From Nanobdellota archaeon (GTDB lineage Archaea; EX4484-52; LFW-46), in assembly GCA_018897155.1 (NCBI GenBank), contig JAHILE010000040.1:20157-84156 (forward strand): a DNA stretch of 64,000 nt, given 5' to 3'. The position numbers and the translations under genes were made by a program. The notes below the pieces were generated by a model that was not told the DNA's origin, searched no databases, and saw nothing but the letters and a program-made list of their open reading frames with translations. The number at the start of each line of letters is the position of its first letter. Within the stretch, counting starts at the first letter, position 1. Below, in pieces: positions 46,800 through 55,732 of the stretch.

Positions 46800-47600
46800 C
46801 CTATTTGTCCAGTGGTTCGTAGTTTCGTCGCCCCCTCCCCTGTTCGTCGTTTTTCGTTTAAATTTGTCCCCCTTCTTGAGATTTCACTTTGTGAAATCTC
46901 CTATTGTTAGCTGTCCTTTCAATTCTGTAGGGCATCCATAAATATCATATTCAAAGACATCTTTGCCTTGCTGTTCTTGAATGTATCTCTTAACTTGCTC
47001 TTGTGAAACGTGTCCAGCAGAGCCACAGTAATAACCTCTTGCCCAGAGGTTATCAAAACCTTTGCCGAAGTGCTGTTTATATCCAAGATACCTTAATTCA
47101 GGAAAGCATCGCCTTAATTGTATTGAAGTATTGCCTTTCAGCTTATGAATTATCTTGAAAGGAGTTACTGTCGGCTTTGCACCTACGAATAGATGCAAGT
47201 GGTCAGGCATAATCTCGAATGCCAGATTGCTAATGCTCATTTCTTGGCATTGCCCTTCAATGATTGCTTTCAGAACTTCAACAACCTTTCCAGTCAATAC
47301 TGGCTTCCTGTATTTTGGAATCCAAATAATGTGGTAATTGATGTTGTATTTGCAATGGTGAGATGTCCTCACAGTTGCGATTTTACTCTCGATTTTGTGC
47401 ACTTCTGGATTGAAGTGCGGATATAGTTTTTTAGTCATAGCGACCACCTCATGCTGAAGGTGGTTGCTTGTATCGTTAGGGGGTTCTCGTTTAGCGAACC
47501 ATACATTAAACTTTTAGCGTAGCGACCTCTGCAAGAGGGAAAAGTTTAAGTTAAATGGTTTGCGTGAGAAACCCCCAGCTTTAGCTGGATTTATTTTGGG
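46800..47600 (-). mobile_element. IS200-like insertion (TnpA only) with subterminal hairpins
   Basis: A perfect hairpin GAGATTTCAC-TTT-GTGAAATCTC (46878-46900) overlaps the tnpA stop. Imperfect palindromes GGGGGTTCTC/GAGAAACCCCC lie at 47474-47582. No tnpB was found, and the boundaries are approximate. Confidence 0.45.
46884..47447 (-). CDS. tnpA: IS200/IS605-family transposase TnpA (HUH Y1)
   Basis: 'YHIIWIPKYRKPVL', 'DHLHLFV' (HuH), 'LKGNTSIQLRRCFPEL' and 'WARGYYCGSAGHVSQEQVKRYIQEQ'. Confidence 0.85.
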   Translation of the reverse strand: MVAMTKKLYPHFNPEVHKIESKIATVRTSHHCKYNINYHIIWIPKYRKPVLTGKVVEVLKAIIEGQCQEMSISNLAFEIMPDHLHLFVGAKPTVTPFKIIHKLKGNTSIQLRRCFPELRYLGYKQHFGKGFDNLWARGYYCGSAGHVSQEQVKRYIQEQQGKDVFEYDIYGCPTELKGQLTIGDFTK

Positions 47601-47632
47601 AGTATGTTATTTCTAAAAATAAATATTATTTA

Positions 47633-47764
47633 TCTCCCACCCCATCATTTCCCTTAGAGATGTTTTTTGATTTTTCAATATGTTGCTATTGTTATAACAA
47701 TGTTATATTCGGTTCTATATAGGTATAGTATATAGTTCCATACGAAATGATGGGGTGGGGGTGT
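47633..47764. promoter_or_regulatory. predicted replication origin core: 16-bp perfect inverted ORB-like repeats flanking ~90-bp AT-rich DUE, upstream of orc1/cdc6
   Basis: 'GGGAAATGATGGGGTGGG' (antisense at 47633-47653) and 'GAAATGATGGGGTGGGGGTG' (47745-47764) face each other across AT-rich DNA. The GGAAATGA...GGGGT core resembles archaeal ORB elements. Confidence 0.5.
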
Positions 47765-47922
47765 TTAAAATCGAAAAATATTTTCATTTTTTATTTTTCA
47801 AAAAATCTTAAAAATTTCTATTGGAACTTTAAGAGGGGTTGGGTTCTTATGGAAACCCCAGAAAGAAAAAGATATAAGCTTTTTAAGCAAATAAAGCATA
47901 CCTTTGTTTCTCATGGAGGGCG

Positions 47923-49143
47923 TTGATGCAAATGGCTCAAACAACAATTCAGCAAATATTCTCTAATTATATGACAAAGCAACCGCTTTTTTTAGATAAA
48001 CGAGCACTTACTACATCATACACACCGGAAAATGTTCCGCATAGGGAAGAACAGATATCACAACTTGCATCGATTGTCACTCCTGTTCTGAAAAAAGAGA
48101 GGCCTTCAAATGTTTTTATATACGGTCCAACAGGAAGTGGCAAAACACTTGTTACGCAATATGTTGCATCAGAGCTAAAAACGGCGGCAAAAAACAACAA
48201 CATACCATTTCATATTGTTTATGTGAATTGTAAAATGAAACGCGTGGCTGATACAGAGTACCGCCTCCTTGCGCACCTTGCAAATCTGCTCGGAAAAACC
48301 GTACCGCCCACAGGCTTGCCCACAGATCAGGTATATAAGATATTTTACAGCGCGCTTGATGAGCGTGAAGGCGTGGTTATATTTATCATTGACGAAATAG
48401 ACGCGCTTATTAAAAAAGTCGGTGACGAACTGCTTTACAATTTTACAAGAATGAATCAAGATATAAAAAATGTAAAGGTGTCTATAATCGGTATTTCAAA
48501 CGACATTGCATTTACAGAAAATCTTGATGCGCGTGTCCGATCATCCCTTTCAGAAGAGGAACTTCTCTTTCCACCATATAACGCACTTCAGCTTCAAAGA
48601 ATACTTTCAGAGCGCGCAAGCATAGCATTCAATAAATCAAAAGTATCCGATGGCGTGATTTCAAAATGTGCGGCTCTTGCAGCCCAGGAACATGGCGATG
48701 CAAGGCGCGCATTGGATTTATTGAGGGTTGCAGGAGAGCTTGCAGAGCGTGAAAACGCGCCAATGGTTGAGGAAAAGCATGTTGATGCCGCAGAATCAAA
48801 GGTTGACCTGGACCGGGTAATAGAAACAGTAAAAATGCAGCCCAAACAGTCAAAAGCAATACTTTACAGCATAATTTATCTTACGCGCGGTGATGAAAAG
48901 ACCTGCCTTTCAGGCGATGTTTATGAGGAATATGTGCGCATCACAAAGGTCCTTGGCCTTAAGCCCCTGACACAGAGGCGTGTTTCTGACATAATTTCAG
49001 AGCTTGACATAATGGGTGTAATAACGTCAAAAGTCATAAGCAAGGGGAGGTATGGGAGAATGCGTGATATTGGCCTTGCTATATCGACGGAGATTTACCA
49101 AAAACTGCTGAATTTTTTAAAGAGCGATTTTGGATTTGATTAA
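47923..49143 (+). CDS. orc1: Orc1/Cdc6 replication initiator
   Basis: An AAA+ domain ('IYGPTGSGKT', 'IIDEIDAL') plus a C-terminal winged helix. Confidence 0.85.
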   Translation: MMQMAQTTIQQIFSNYMTKQPLFLDKRALTTSYTPENVPHREEQISQLASIVTPVLKKERPSNVFIYGPTGSGKTLVTQYVASELKTAAKNNNIPFHIVYVNCKMKRVADTEYRLLAHLANLLGKTVPPTGLPTDQVYKIFYSALDEREGVVIFIIDEIDALIKKVGDELLYNFTRMNQDIKNVKVSIIGISNDIAFTENLDARVRSSLSEEELLFPPYNALQLQRILSERASIAFNKSKVSDGVISKCAALAAQEHGDARRALDLLRVAGELAERENAPMVEEKHVDAAESKVDLDRVIETVKMQPKQSKAILYSIIYLTRGDEKTCLSGDVYEEYVRITKVLGLKPLTQRRVSDIISELDIMGVITSKVISKGRYGRMRDIGLAISTEIYQKLLNFLKSDFGFD

Positions 49144-49157
49144 GACCTGGTGGCGTT

Positions 49158-49596
49158 ATGACTGAAAAACAAAAAAAGTTTTACCTTCTTGATATGGGGT
49201 GTGGTGACAATCCCTACGATGAGAAAGGCAAAAACAACAATAGGTATCGATTCTTTACAATATCCGCTTAAACGAGCTAAAACCAACGGGCATGAGGTAC
49301 TTATGTGTGAGGCAGAACATCTTCCATTCAAGGAAGGTGTATTTGAAAAAGTAGTGGGAAGACGAGCGTTTGGATTTATGGATGATTATCTTAACAAAGC
49401 AGTTGATGAGGCTATGCGTGTCCATAAAAACGGCGGTTCTGTTGTAATTGACGACGATAAACAAGTAGTTAGCAATATAGAGAAACACATCAAAGCAGAG
49501 GGTTATACACCTCGTAAAATGATGAATTATTTATTGAAAAAGAACAAGAATACGAAAAAATACGTACGAAAACGCGGTGAAATAATCATCGAATAA
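49158..49596 (+). pseudogene. class I SAM-dependent methyltransferase disrupted by a frameshift
   Basis: Motif I 'LLDMGCGD' is in frame 0 from ATG 49158, which reaches a stop at 49270. The remainder ('KAKTTIGIDSL...AEHLPFKEGVFEKVV') is in another frame (ORF 49189..49596). A +/-1 indel near 49205-49215 is implied. Confidence 0.45.
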
Positions 49597-49647
49597 AGAA
49601 CGTTATCGTTAACAAGTTATTTAAAATCGCGCGAACATCCATTTTCT

Positions 49648-50925
49648 ATGAAACTCTGCGTCATAGGCACAGGATATGCCGGCATAGTCAATGCAGTTGG
49701 GTTTGCCGCGCTTGGAAACGATGTTTTATGCGTTGATATTGATGAAAAAAAAGTCGCGCTGATAAATTCCGGAAAGTCGCCGATTTTTGAGCCCGAGCTT
49801 GAGGAAAAGCTTGTCGCAGCGTTTAAACAGAAAAAAATACACGCGACAACAGACCTAAGCGCAGGTATAAAGGATGCTGAAATTATTTTTGTCTCTGTGG
49901 GCACGCCGTCAAAAGACGACGGAAGCATAGACCTTAAATACATCGAATCTTCGGCAAAAAGTCTTGGAAGCGCGATGAAAAACAGAAGCTACTGCGTAAT
50001 CATCATGAAGAGCACAGTTGTTCCCGGAACAACCGAAGGCGCGTTTCTTAAAATTCTTGAGGAAGAATCCGGCAAAAAAGCAGGCAAGAGTTTTGGGCTT
50101 TCAATGTGCCCGGAATTTTTGCGCGAGGGCCACGCAGTTTATGATTTTTTCAATCCGGACCGCGTTGTAATCGGAGTATCTGATAAAAAAGCCGAAGCAC
50201 TTGTTGTTGAGTTGCATAATCCGCTGAAATCAAAAACCTTGATTACTGATATCAAGACCGCGGAAATGATAAAATACGCATCAAACGCATTTCTTGCTGT
50301 GAAAGTTTCGTTTTCAAACGAAATCGGAAATATTTGCAAAAAACTCGGGATAGATGTTTATGATGTGATGAAAGGTGTTGGCATGGACGCGCGCATTTCT
50401 CCTCATTTTCTTAATGCCGGCGCAGGATTCGGGGGGTCATGCTTTCCAAAAGACGTAAAGGCGCTTGTTGCAAAATCAAAAGAGCTTGGATATGAGCCGA
50501 AACTTCTTGACAGCGCGCTTGAATTAAACAAGACTCAGCCGCTAAAACTCATCGAGCTTTTGAAAAAGCATCTGAAGAATTTGCGAGGCCAGAAAATAAC
50601 AATACTCGGCCTTGCGTTTAAGCCAGAAACAGATGACATCCGCGAGGCTCCGTCATTGAAAATAATTTTTGAGATGATAAAAGAAGGTGCAGATGTGATT
50701 GTATACGATCCAGTTGCCAAAAACAACGTCCGTCAGATTTTTGGCGACAAGATAAAATATGCCGAAACTTTGAAAGACGCGCTTGATTTCTCAAAACATA
50801 TTCTTATTGTTACAGAATGGAACGAATTTCGTGATGAAAAATTATATCGCGGCAAGATTGTTATTGACGGAAGAAAGGCCCTGAACAAAAAGACTGGCGG
50901 AGATTATGAAGGCCTTTGCTGGTGA
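49648..50925 (+). CDS. UDP-glucose/GDP-mannose 6-dehydrogenase family
   Basis: 'KLCVIGTGYAGIVNAVGFA' NAD-binding motif and a catalytic Cys in 'GGSCFPKD'. Confidence 0.85.
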   Translation: MKLCVIGTGYAGIVNAVGFAALGNDVLCVDIDEKKVALINSGKSPIFEPELEEKLVAAFKQKKIHATTDLSAGIKDAEIIFVSVGTPSKDDGSIDLKYIESSAKSLGSAMKNRSYCVIIMKSTVVPGTTEGAFLKILEEESGKKAGKSFGLSMCPEFLREGHAVYDFFNPDRVVIGVSDKKAEALVVELHNPLKSKTLITDIKTAEMIKYASNAFLAVKVSFSNEIGNICKKLGIDVYDVMKGVGMDARISPHFLNAGAGFGGSCFPKDVKALVAKSKELGYEPKLLDSALELNKTQPLKLIELLKKHLKNLRGQKITILGLAFKPETDDIREAPSLKIIFEMIKEGADVIVYDPVAKNNVRQIFGDKIKYAETLKDALDFSKHILIVTEWNEFRDEKLYRGKIVIDGRKALNKKTGGDYEGLCW

Positions 50926-51496
50926 TTTTATTTTGATTGAGAAATACGCGCAAGTTTGGGATTTGGCGCTTCCATACCTTGAAGCTGGAAAGAAAAAAGA
51001 TTTTGTTCTGCACACAAAATGCGTTATCAAATCAATGCAGATGCTGCTTGAAAATGAAAAAGGCGATGCGGATATTCTGATGCCTGCGGCAATTCTTCAC
51101 GACACGGGCTGGTCAAAGGTTCCTGCAGCTCTTCAAAAAAGCCTTGACAAAGCCGAAGCAAAAAAGGCCATGCAGATGCATTTGGAATGCGGCGCGTTAA
51201 TAGCCGAAGAACTTTTGGCAAAACTTAATTATGGTAAGGACAAAATAAAGCGTATTGCTGCCATTGTTTTTGCGCATAAGTTTCAAAGCCCGCAAGACTC
51301 TGAAAAGCAGATAATGATTGATGCGGATAACCTTACTGATGTTTTTTATGAACAATTTTATGGTGATTGCAAAGACTATAAATTGACGCCGGAAGAGCTT
51401 TTTAATATACGAAAGAACAATACGTACTATACAAAAACTGCGCGCAAAATATTTGCATCTGAATTGGATGCGCGAAAAAAAGAAATTTGGAATTGA
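50906..51496 (+). CDS. HD-domain phosphohydrolase
   Basis: 'AAILHDTGW' H...HD motif. Its start overlaps the dehydrogenase stop by 20 nt. Confidence 0.55.
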   Translation: MKAFAGDFILIEKYAQVWDLALPYLEAGKKKDFVLHTKCVIKSMQMLLENEKGDADILMPAAILHDTGWSKVPAALQKSLDKAEAKKAMQMHLECGALIAEELLAKLNYGKDKIKRIAAIVFAHKFQSPQDSEKQIMIDADNLTDVFYEQFYGDCKDYKLTPEELFNIRKNNTYYTKTARKIFASELDARKKEIWN

Positions 51497-51500
51497 TTGT

Positions 51501-52412
51501 ATGAAAGTTTCCATAATCGGCGCAGGAAGGCTTGGCAGCTTAATCGGCTTTTTGATAGCTGACAGAGGGCTTGCGGATGAAATTGTTTTTGTCGATATAA
51601 ACAAAGCCGGAGCAGAAGGGCAGGCACTTGACATAAATCACGCATTCCTAAAATCCGGCAAAGCGCCGAAAATTTCAGCAGGAGATTATTCAGCAACGTC
51701 TGGTTCTAACATAGTTATAATTACTGCAGGAAAGCCGCGCACCGCGGCAATGACCTCACGCGCCGAGCTTCTGGCAGACAATGCAAAAATCATCAAAGGA
51801 ATTGCTGACGAGATAAAAGCGCATAGCAAAGGCGCGATTTTAATCACAACAACGAATCCCATAGATGCCATCAACTACGTTCTTTGGAAAGAAACCGGAT
51901 TTGCGCGCGAGAAAATCATAGGTTTCGGAGGGCTTTTAGATTCATCGAGGTTTAAGGCAATGGTGTCGGAAGAGCTTAACATTCCTGCAAATTCGATAGT
52001 ATGTGAAGTTTTAGGAGAGCACGGCGAGAACATGACGCCGCTTTTCAGCAGGATGACTATTGATGGAAAATCAACCGCGCTTTCAAGCGAACAGACGGAA
52101 AAAATTAGAATCCAACTTCTTGGCACAGCAAAAACAGTGATAGAAAAAAAAGGCGCTACAGAATACGGACCGACAAGCCAGCTTTTGCGCATTGTCGATG
52201 CAATTGTAAATAATAAAAAAGAGGTTCTTTTGTGCTCCTGTGTTTTGCAAGGCGAATACGGGTTGAGCGATGTTTCAATAGGCGCGCCGGCAGTAATCGG
52301 TGCGCGCGGCATAGAAAAAATTGAAGTTTGGCAGATTGATTCTGACGAACTGGAAAGATTAAGGCGCGCAGGAGAAAAAATCAAAGCGGATGTTGGCGCG
52401 GCGATGAAGTGA
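51501..52412 (+). CDS. mdh: malate dehydrogenase (LDH-like MDH family)
   Basis: 'MKVSIIGAGRLGS' Rossmann motif and 'ITTTNPID'. The likely start is ATG 51501; the ORF-track N-extension is an artefact. Confidence 0.8.
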   Translation: MKVSIIGAGRLGSLIGFLIADRGLADEIVFVDINKAGAEGQALDINHAFLKSGKAPKISAGDYSATSGSNIVIITAGKPRTAAMTSRAELLADNAKIIKGIADEIKAHSKGAILITTTNPIDAINYVLWKETGFAREKIIGFGGLLDSSRFKAMVSEELNIPANSIVCEVLGEHGENMTPLFSRMTIDGKSTALSSEQTEKIRIQLLGTAKTVIEKKGATEYGPTSQLLRIVDAIVNNKKEVLLCSCVLQGEYGLSDVSIGAPAVIGARGIEKIEVWQIDSDELERLRRAGEKIKADVGAAMK

Positions 52413-52548
52413 ATTGCAGTCGATTGAGTTTAACGTTTTGCGGATGAAAGAAGTTTTCGAAGGAAATTTGGGCGGGGTGAAACGAAGCCTTTTAGCTGCT
52501 GTTAAGTGAATGTATGGCGCAAGGCAGTTCAATAATAAAACAATAAGT

Positions 52549-53055
52549 TTAAACCAATATCAACATGAATGTCAAAGATAAAAAATTATTGGAATAATGT
52601 GATAACAGACTTCCTTTAAATTGATATTTCTTGTAGACTAACCCAAAAACGATACCTATTAACATCATGTCAATTGCTTTAAGTATGCCCCACCCAAATA
52701 AAATGTGCCAAAAACCAAATAGAGTACTTGAAATAAACAATCCTAATCTAAACCGTTCATTTAAAATAAACCAATTAAGTAATCCTCTTCTAAAAATTAC
52801 TTCCTCAAAAAAGGGTGCAAAAATACCCACATACAAAATTTTAACGAGAGGAGATTGACTTAACCACCAAGAACCTTTACCAACCGTTAGTGCTATAGTG
52901 GCAGGATATAAATAAAAAATTAATTTCAAAAGATGATAATTGATTAAATAAAGAGAAAAACCAATCAAAATCGGGCAGAATAATCTACCATGTTTATTAT
53001 CTATAAAACTATTATCTATAAAACTGTTTAATTTTGAGAAAGTTATACGGGACAT
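52549..53055 (-). CDS. CPBP-family (CAAX) intramembrane metalloprotease
   Basis: 'EEVIFRRGLLNWF' and 'FGFWHILFG' motifs in a polytopic membrane protein. Confidence 0.65.
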   Translation of the reverse strand: MSRITFSKLNSFIDNSFIDNKHGRLFCPILIGFSLYLINYHLLKLIFYLYPATIALTVGKGSWWLSQSPLVKILYVGIFAPFFEEVIFRRGLLNWFILNERFRLGLFISSTLFGFWHILFGWGILKAIDMMLIGIVFGLVYKKYQFKGSLLSHYSNNFLSLTFMLILV

Positions 53056-53321
53056 AGTATATTTTTTAAATCAAATAATTTAAAGTTTCCTTCTGAGTCC
53101 AACTGAGTAATATTTCACTTAACTCCGAGGTTTAAAGAACTTCGCGAAGCGAAATTGGACGGAGAAACCTGTAATGTTTCGGAGCCGTTAAAGCGCCGAG
53201 TTAGTTTCGCCCCACATGGATTGATTTTTAGCGCAGCGTTCCCGAAGAAAAAAATCAAAGTCGCGAGGGCGCTTTATGTGCGAAAAGAATTTATTTGAAT
53301 GAAATCTTCGATGTTAATATT

Positions 53322-53522
53322 TTATTTTTGCTTTAATACCAACCAGTACCAGAAATTAACTACTATTGGAATAATGGTTATGATAATAACAAGAATAACG
53401 AACTGCCACGTCAAAGAGTTCAAGTCTGTGCCATGCTTTTTAAGTGCATAGAAGATTATTGAATCTGTTGCTGCTACAACAATAGTAACTATAATAACTA
53501 ATCTTGTGAAGAGGCTCATCAT
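53322..53522 (-). CDS. small 2-TM membrane protein
   Basis: A 66-aa protein with two hydrophobic helices. Confidence 0.3.
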   Translation of the reverse strand: MMSLFTRLVIIVTIVVAATDSIIFYALKKHGTDLNSLTWQFVILVIIITIIPIVVNFWYWLVLKQK

Positions 53523-54161
53523 ATTATTAATAAGATTCTGGATTTAATAACTATGTTGTTTTTTTGGCGCCCTCTCGATTTGGAGTAAATTCCGCTTTTC
53601 GCGCCATTAGTGGATAAAAGCGGAATCCCGCAGAGAAGTGGCGATTATTACGCGCTTAAAAGAACCAGCTCTTGCTGCGCAATTAAATTATAAAGAAAAA
53701 TTGGCGATGCGAGAAGAACATCAATTAATTCCCGCACCGAGAGTATTTCATGTCCCTGTTTACGTCTGTCTTAATCAAAATCGTCTTGGAGCCTTCATAG
53801 GCGATCGCGTATGAAATTCGATCATTTTGTTAATCCTTTTGACCTCTTTCCAGTTGCCGCGTAAAGCCATTTGAGCTTTCATTTCCTTTAGTGTTAATAC
53901 GTCCATATCTATCACCTATATTGTTTTAAGGTTTTATGCCGCTTGAAACAAACACGAACCCGTGGAGTTTAAACCGTTTAACCTACCTTACAGTATTTGT
54001 TTCATCTCCTAAAACAACTGCAATTAAAGAACTCCCCTTTGCAACCGTTTGTCTTCCATATCTATGGATGAGGTGGTATATAAATCTATCGTAGTCTACT
54101 GCTATCGAAATCTAAAAAATCAGAGCGCGAAAAGCAATTTTTTACGACAGTTGTTGATTTT

Positions 54162-54596
54162 TTAGCTGTTAAAGAACCGCAAAGCGCTGAATTTTTGTTT
54201 TTTATCTCCGTTTTCATCAAATTCTTCGTCTTCTGAATCGTCTTTCGGTTTGTTTTCTTCTAATTCCGCATTATTTGGCGCAACATTAGTAATTTCTTCA
54301 GTCATTACACTTGCCGCATATTCTACAAAGTCATCCTTCTCAGCGGGTTCAAAAGGTCGTGCACCGGGCGCGCTATATGTGGGCGCGACATTTCTTGCGA
54401 CTGGTTTTGTTTCCTCGAAAGAATTTGGCGCAGCTGTGACATACTCAGCCTCTGTTTTTCGTGTTTTGTATTGCAGTACTTCATCCCGGGGGGCATAAAT
54501 TGCTTCGCGCTGACGTGTTTTTGGCTTTTTGCCGTGTTTCATCCAATAGACTGCAAAAAAGCATGCCAACGACACACCCAAAAAGAATTCCCACAT
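54162..54596 (-). CDS. hypothetical N-terminally anchored acidic protein
   Basis: An N-terminal TM segment with an acidic, low-complexity C-terminus. Confidence 0.35.
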   Translation of the reverse strand: MWEFFLGVSLACFFAVYWMKHGKKPKTRQREAIYAPRDEVLQYKTRKTEAEYVTAAPNSFEETKPVARNVAPTYSAPGARPFEPAEKDDFVEYAASVMTEEITNVAPNNAELEENKPKDDSEDEEFDENGDKKQKFSALRFFNS

Positions 54597-54629
54597 GTTT
54601 TATTAATTGTTCGCAGGTATTTATAAGAT

Positions 54630-55691
54630 ATGTTGGAACCGCATAAACTCAAGCAGTATGATATAATAATCGCCGGTGCAGGCCCGGTAGGCGCGCATCT
54701 TGCATATCTTCTTTCAAAAAAAGGGCTTTCTGTTCTTGTTCTTGAGAAAAAGCGCGCGCCAGGAAAATCAGCTTGTTCAGGACTTATCAGCTTGCGACTA
54801 AAAAAACTTATTCCACTCGATAATTCGTTTGTTGAGCATCTGATCTATGGCGCGACATTCCACTCAAAAAACACATATTTGACAGTTGAAAAAAAGAAGC
54901 CGGTGGCATATGTAATAAATCGCGTTCTTTTTGACCGGCATATGATTATGCTGGCAGAAAAGACGGGCGCAAAAATTGTACTCGGCGAGCCGTTTGAATC
55001 ATACTCTATTAAAGAAAATCGCATTGTTGTGAATGAAAAATATCGTGCTGAAATGCTTGTTGGAGCAGATGGCGCGGCAAGCGCGGTGCGCAGGCTTTCA
55101 GGGCTCAAAGGCAAATTATGTTTGATTAACGGCATTATTTCAATATTTAGTGAGCCATCGATTTATAGAACCGTCGATGTTTTTTACGGAAAATCGATAG
55201 CTCCAGGCTTTTTTGCTTGGAGAATTCCGCGCGGGAAATCTATAGAGTATGGACTTGCCTCTAATAAAAACCATATCGCATATTTTGAGAAATTCCTTAA
55301 GCAGCACAACCGAATGCTTGGAAAATATTACACACACCCGATAGTTTTTGGGCAAACAGAAACTGTGGGGGATCGTGTAATTTTGGTCGGCGACGCAGCG
55401 CTTCAAGTTAAGCCATTCTCCGGCGGCGGGGTGATTTATGGCTTAATGTGCGCGAAAATTGCTGATAAAGCGATAACCAATGCATTCAAAAAAGACGATT
55501 TCAGCAAAGCGTTTTTTGAAAAAAATTACGATGGACTATGGAAGGAAAAGCTTATGGAGCCCATAAAAAACGGGAAATTGGTTCGAGAGATGCTGAATTC
55601 CCTTGATGATGAAGAGCTTGACGCGTTTTTTGAGCTTGCTGCAAAGAGAAAAGATGATATAGGATCTTTTGGAGATATGGATTTTTTATAA
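54630..55691 (+). CDS. geranylgeranyl reductase family FAD-dependent oxidoreductase (archaeal lipid saturation)
   Basis: 'YDIIIAGAGPVGAHLAYLLSKKGLSVLVLEKK' FAD motif and 'ILVGDAALQVKPFSGGGV'. Confidence 0.75.
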   Translation: MLEPHKLKQYDIIIAGAGPVGAHLAYLLSKKGLSVLVLEKKRAPGKSACSGLISLRLKKLIPLDNSFVEHLIYGATFHSKNTYLTVEKKKPVAYVINRVLFDRHMIMLAEKTGAKIVLGEPFESYSIKENRIVVNEKYRAEMLVGADGAASAVRRLSGLKGKLCLINGIISIFSEPSIYRTVDVFYGKSIAPGFFAWRIPRGKSIEYGLASNKNHIAYFEKFLKQHNRMLGKYYTHPIVFGQTETVGDRVILVGDAALQVKPFSGGGVIYGLMCAKIADKAITNAFKKDDFSKAFFEKNYDGLWKEKLMEPIKNGKLVREMLNSLDDEELDAFFELAAKRKDDIGSFGDMDFL

Positions 55692-55732
55692 TTCTCGCAA
55701 ATATATATTTTTAAGACACTGCAATAGGTATT

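Noticed and set aside
51453-51500. The mdh ORF in the track starts 'MHLNWMREKKKFGIDCMKVSIIGAG'.
   Set aside because: The Rossmann motif begins at 'MKVSIIGAG' (ATG 51501). The 16-codon extension overlaps the HD-domain gene's 3' end and is unlikely to be translated.
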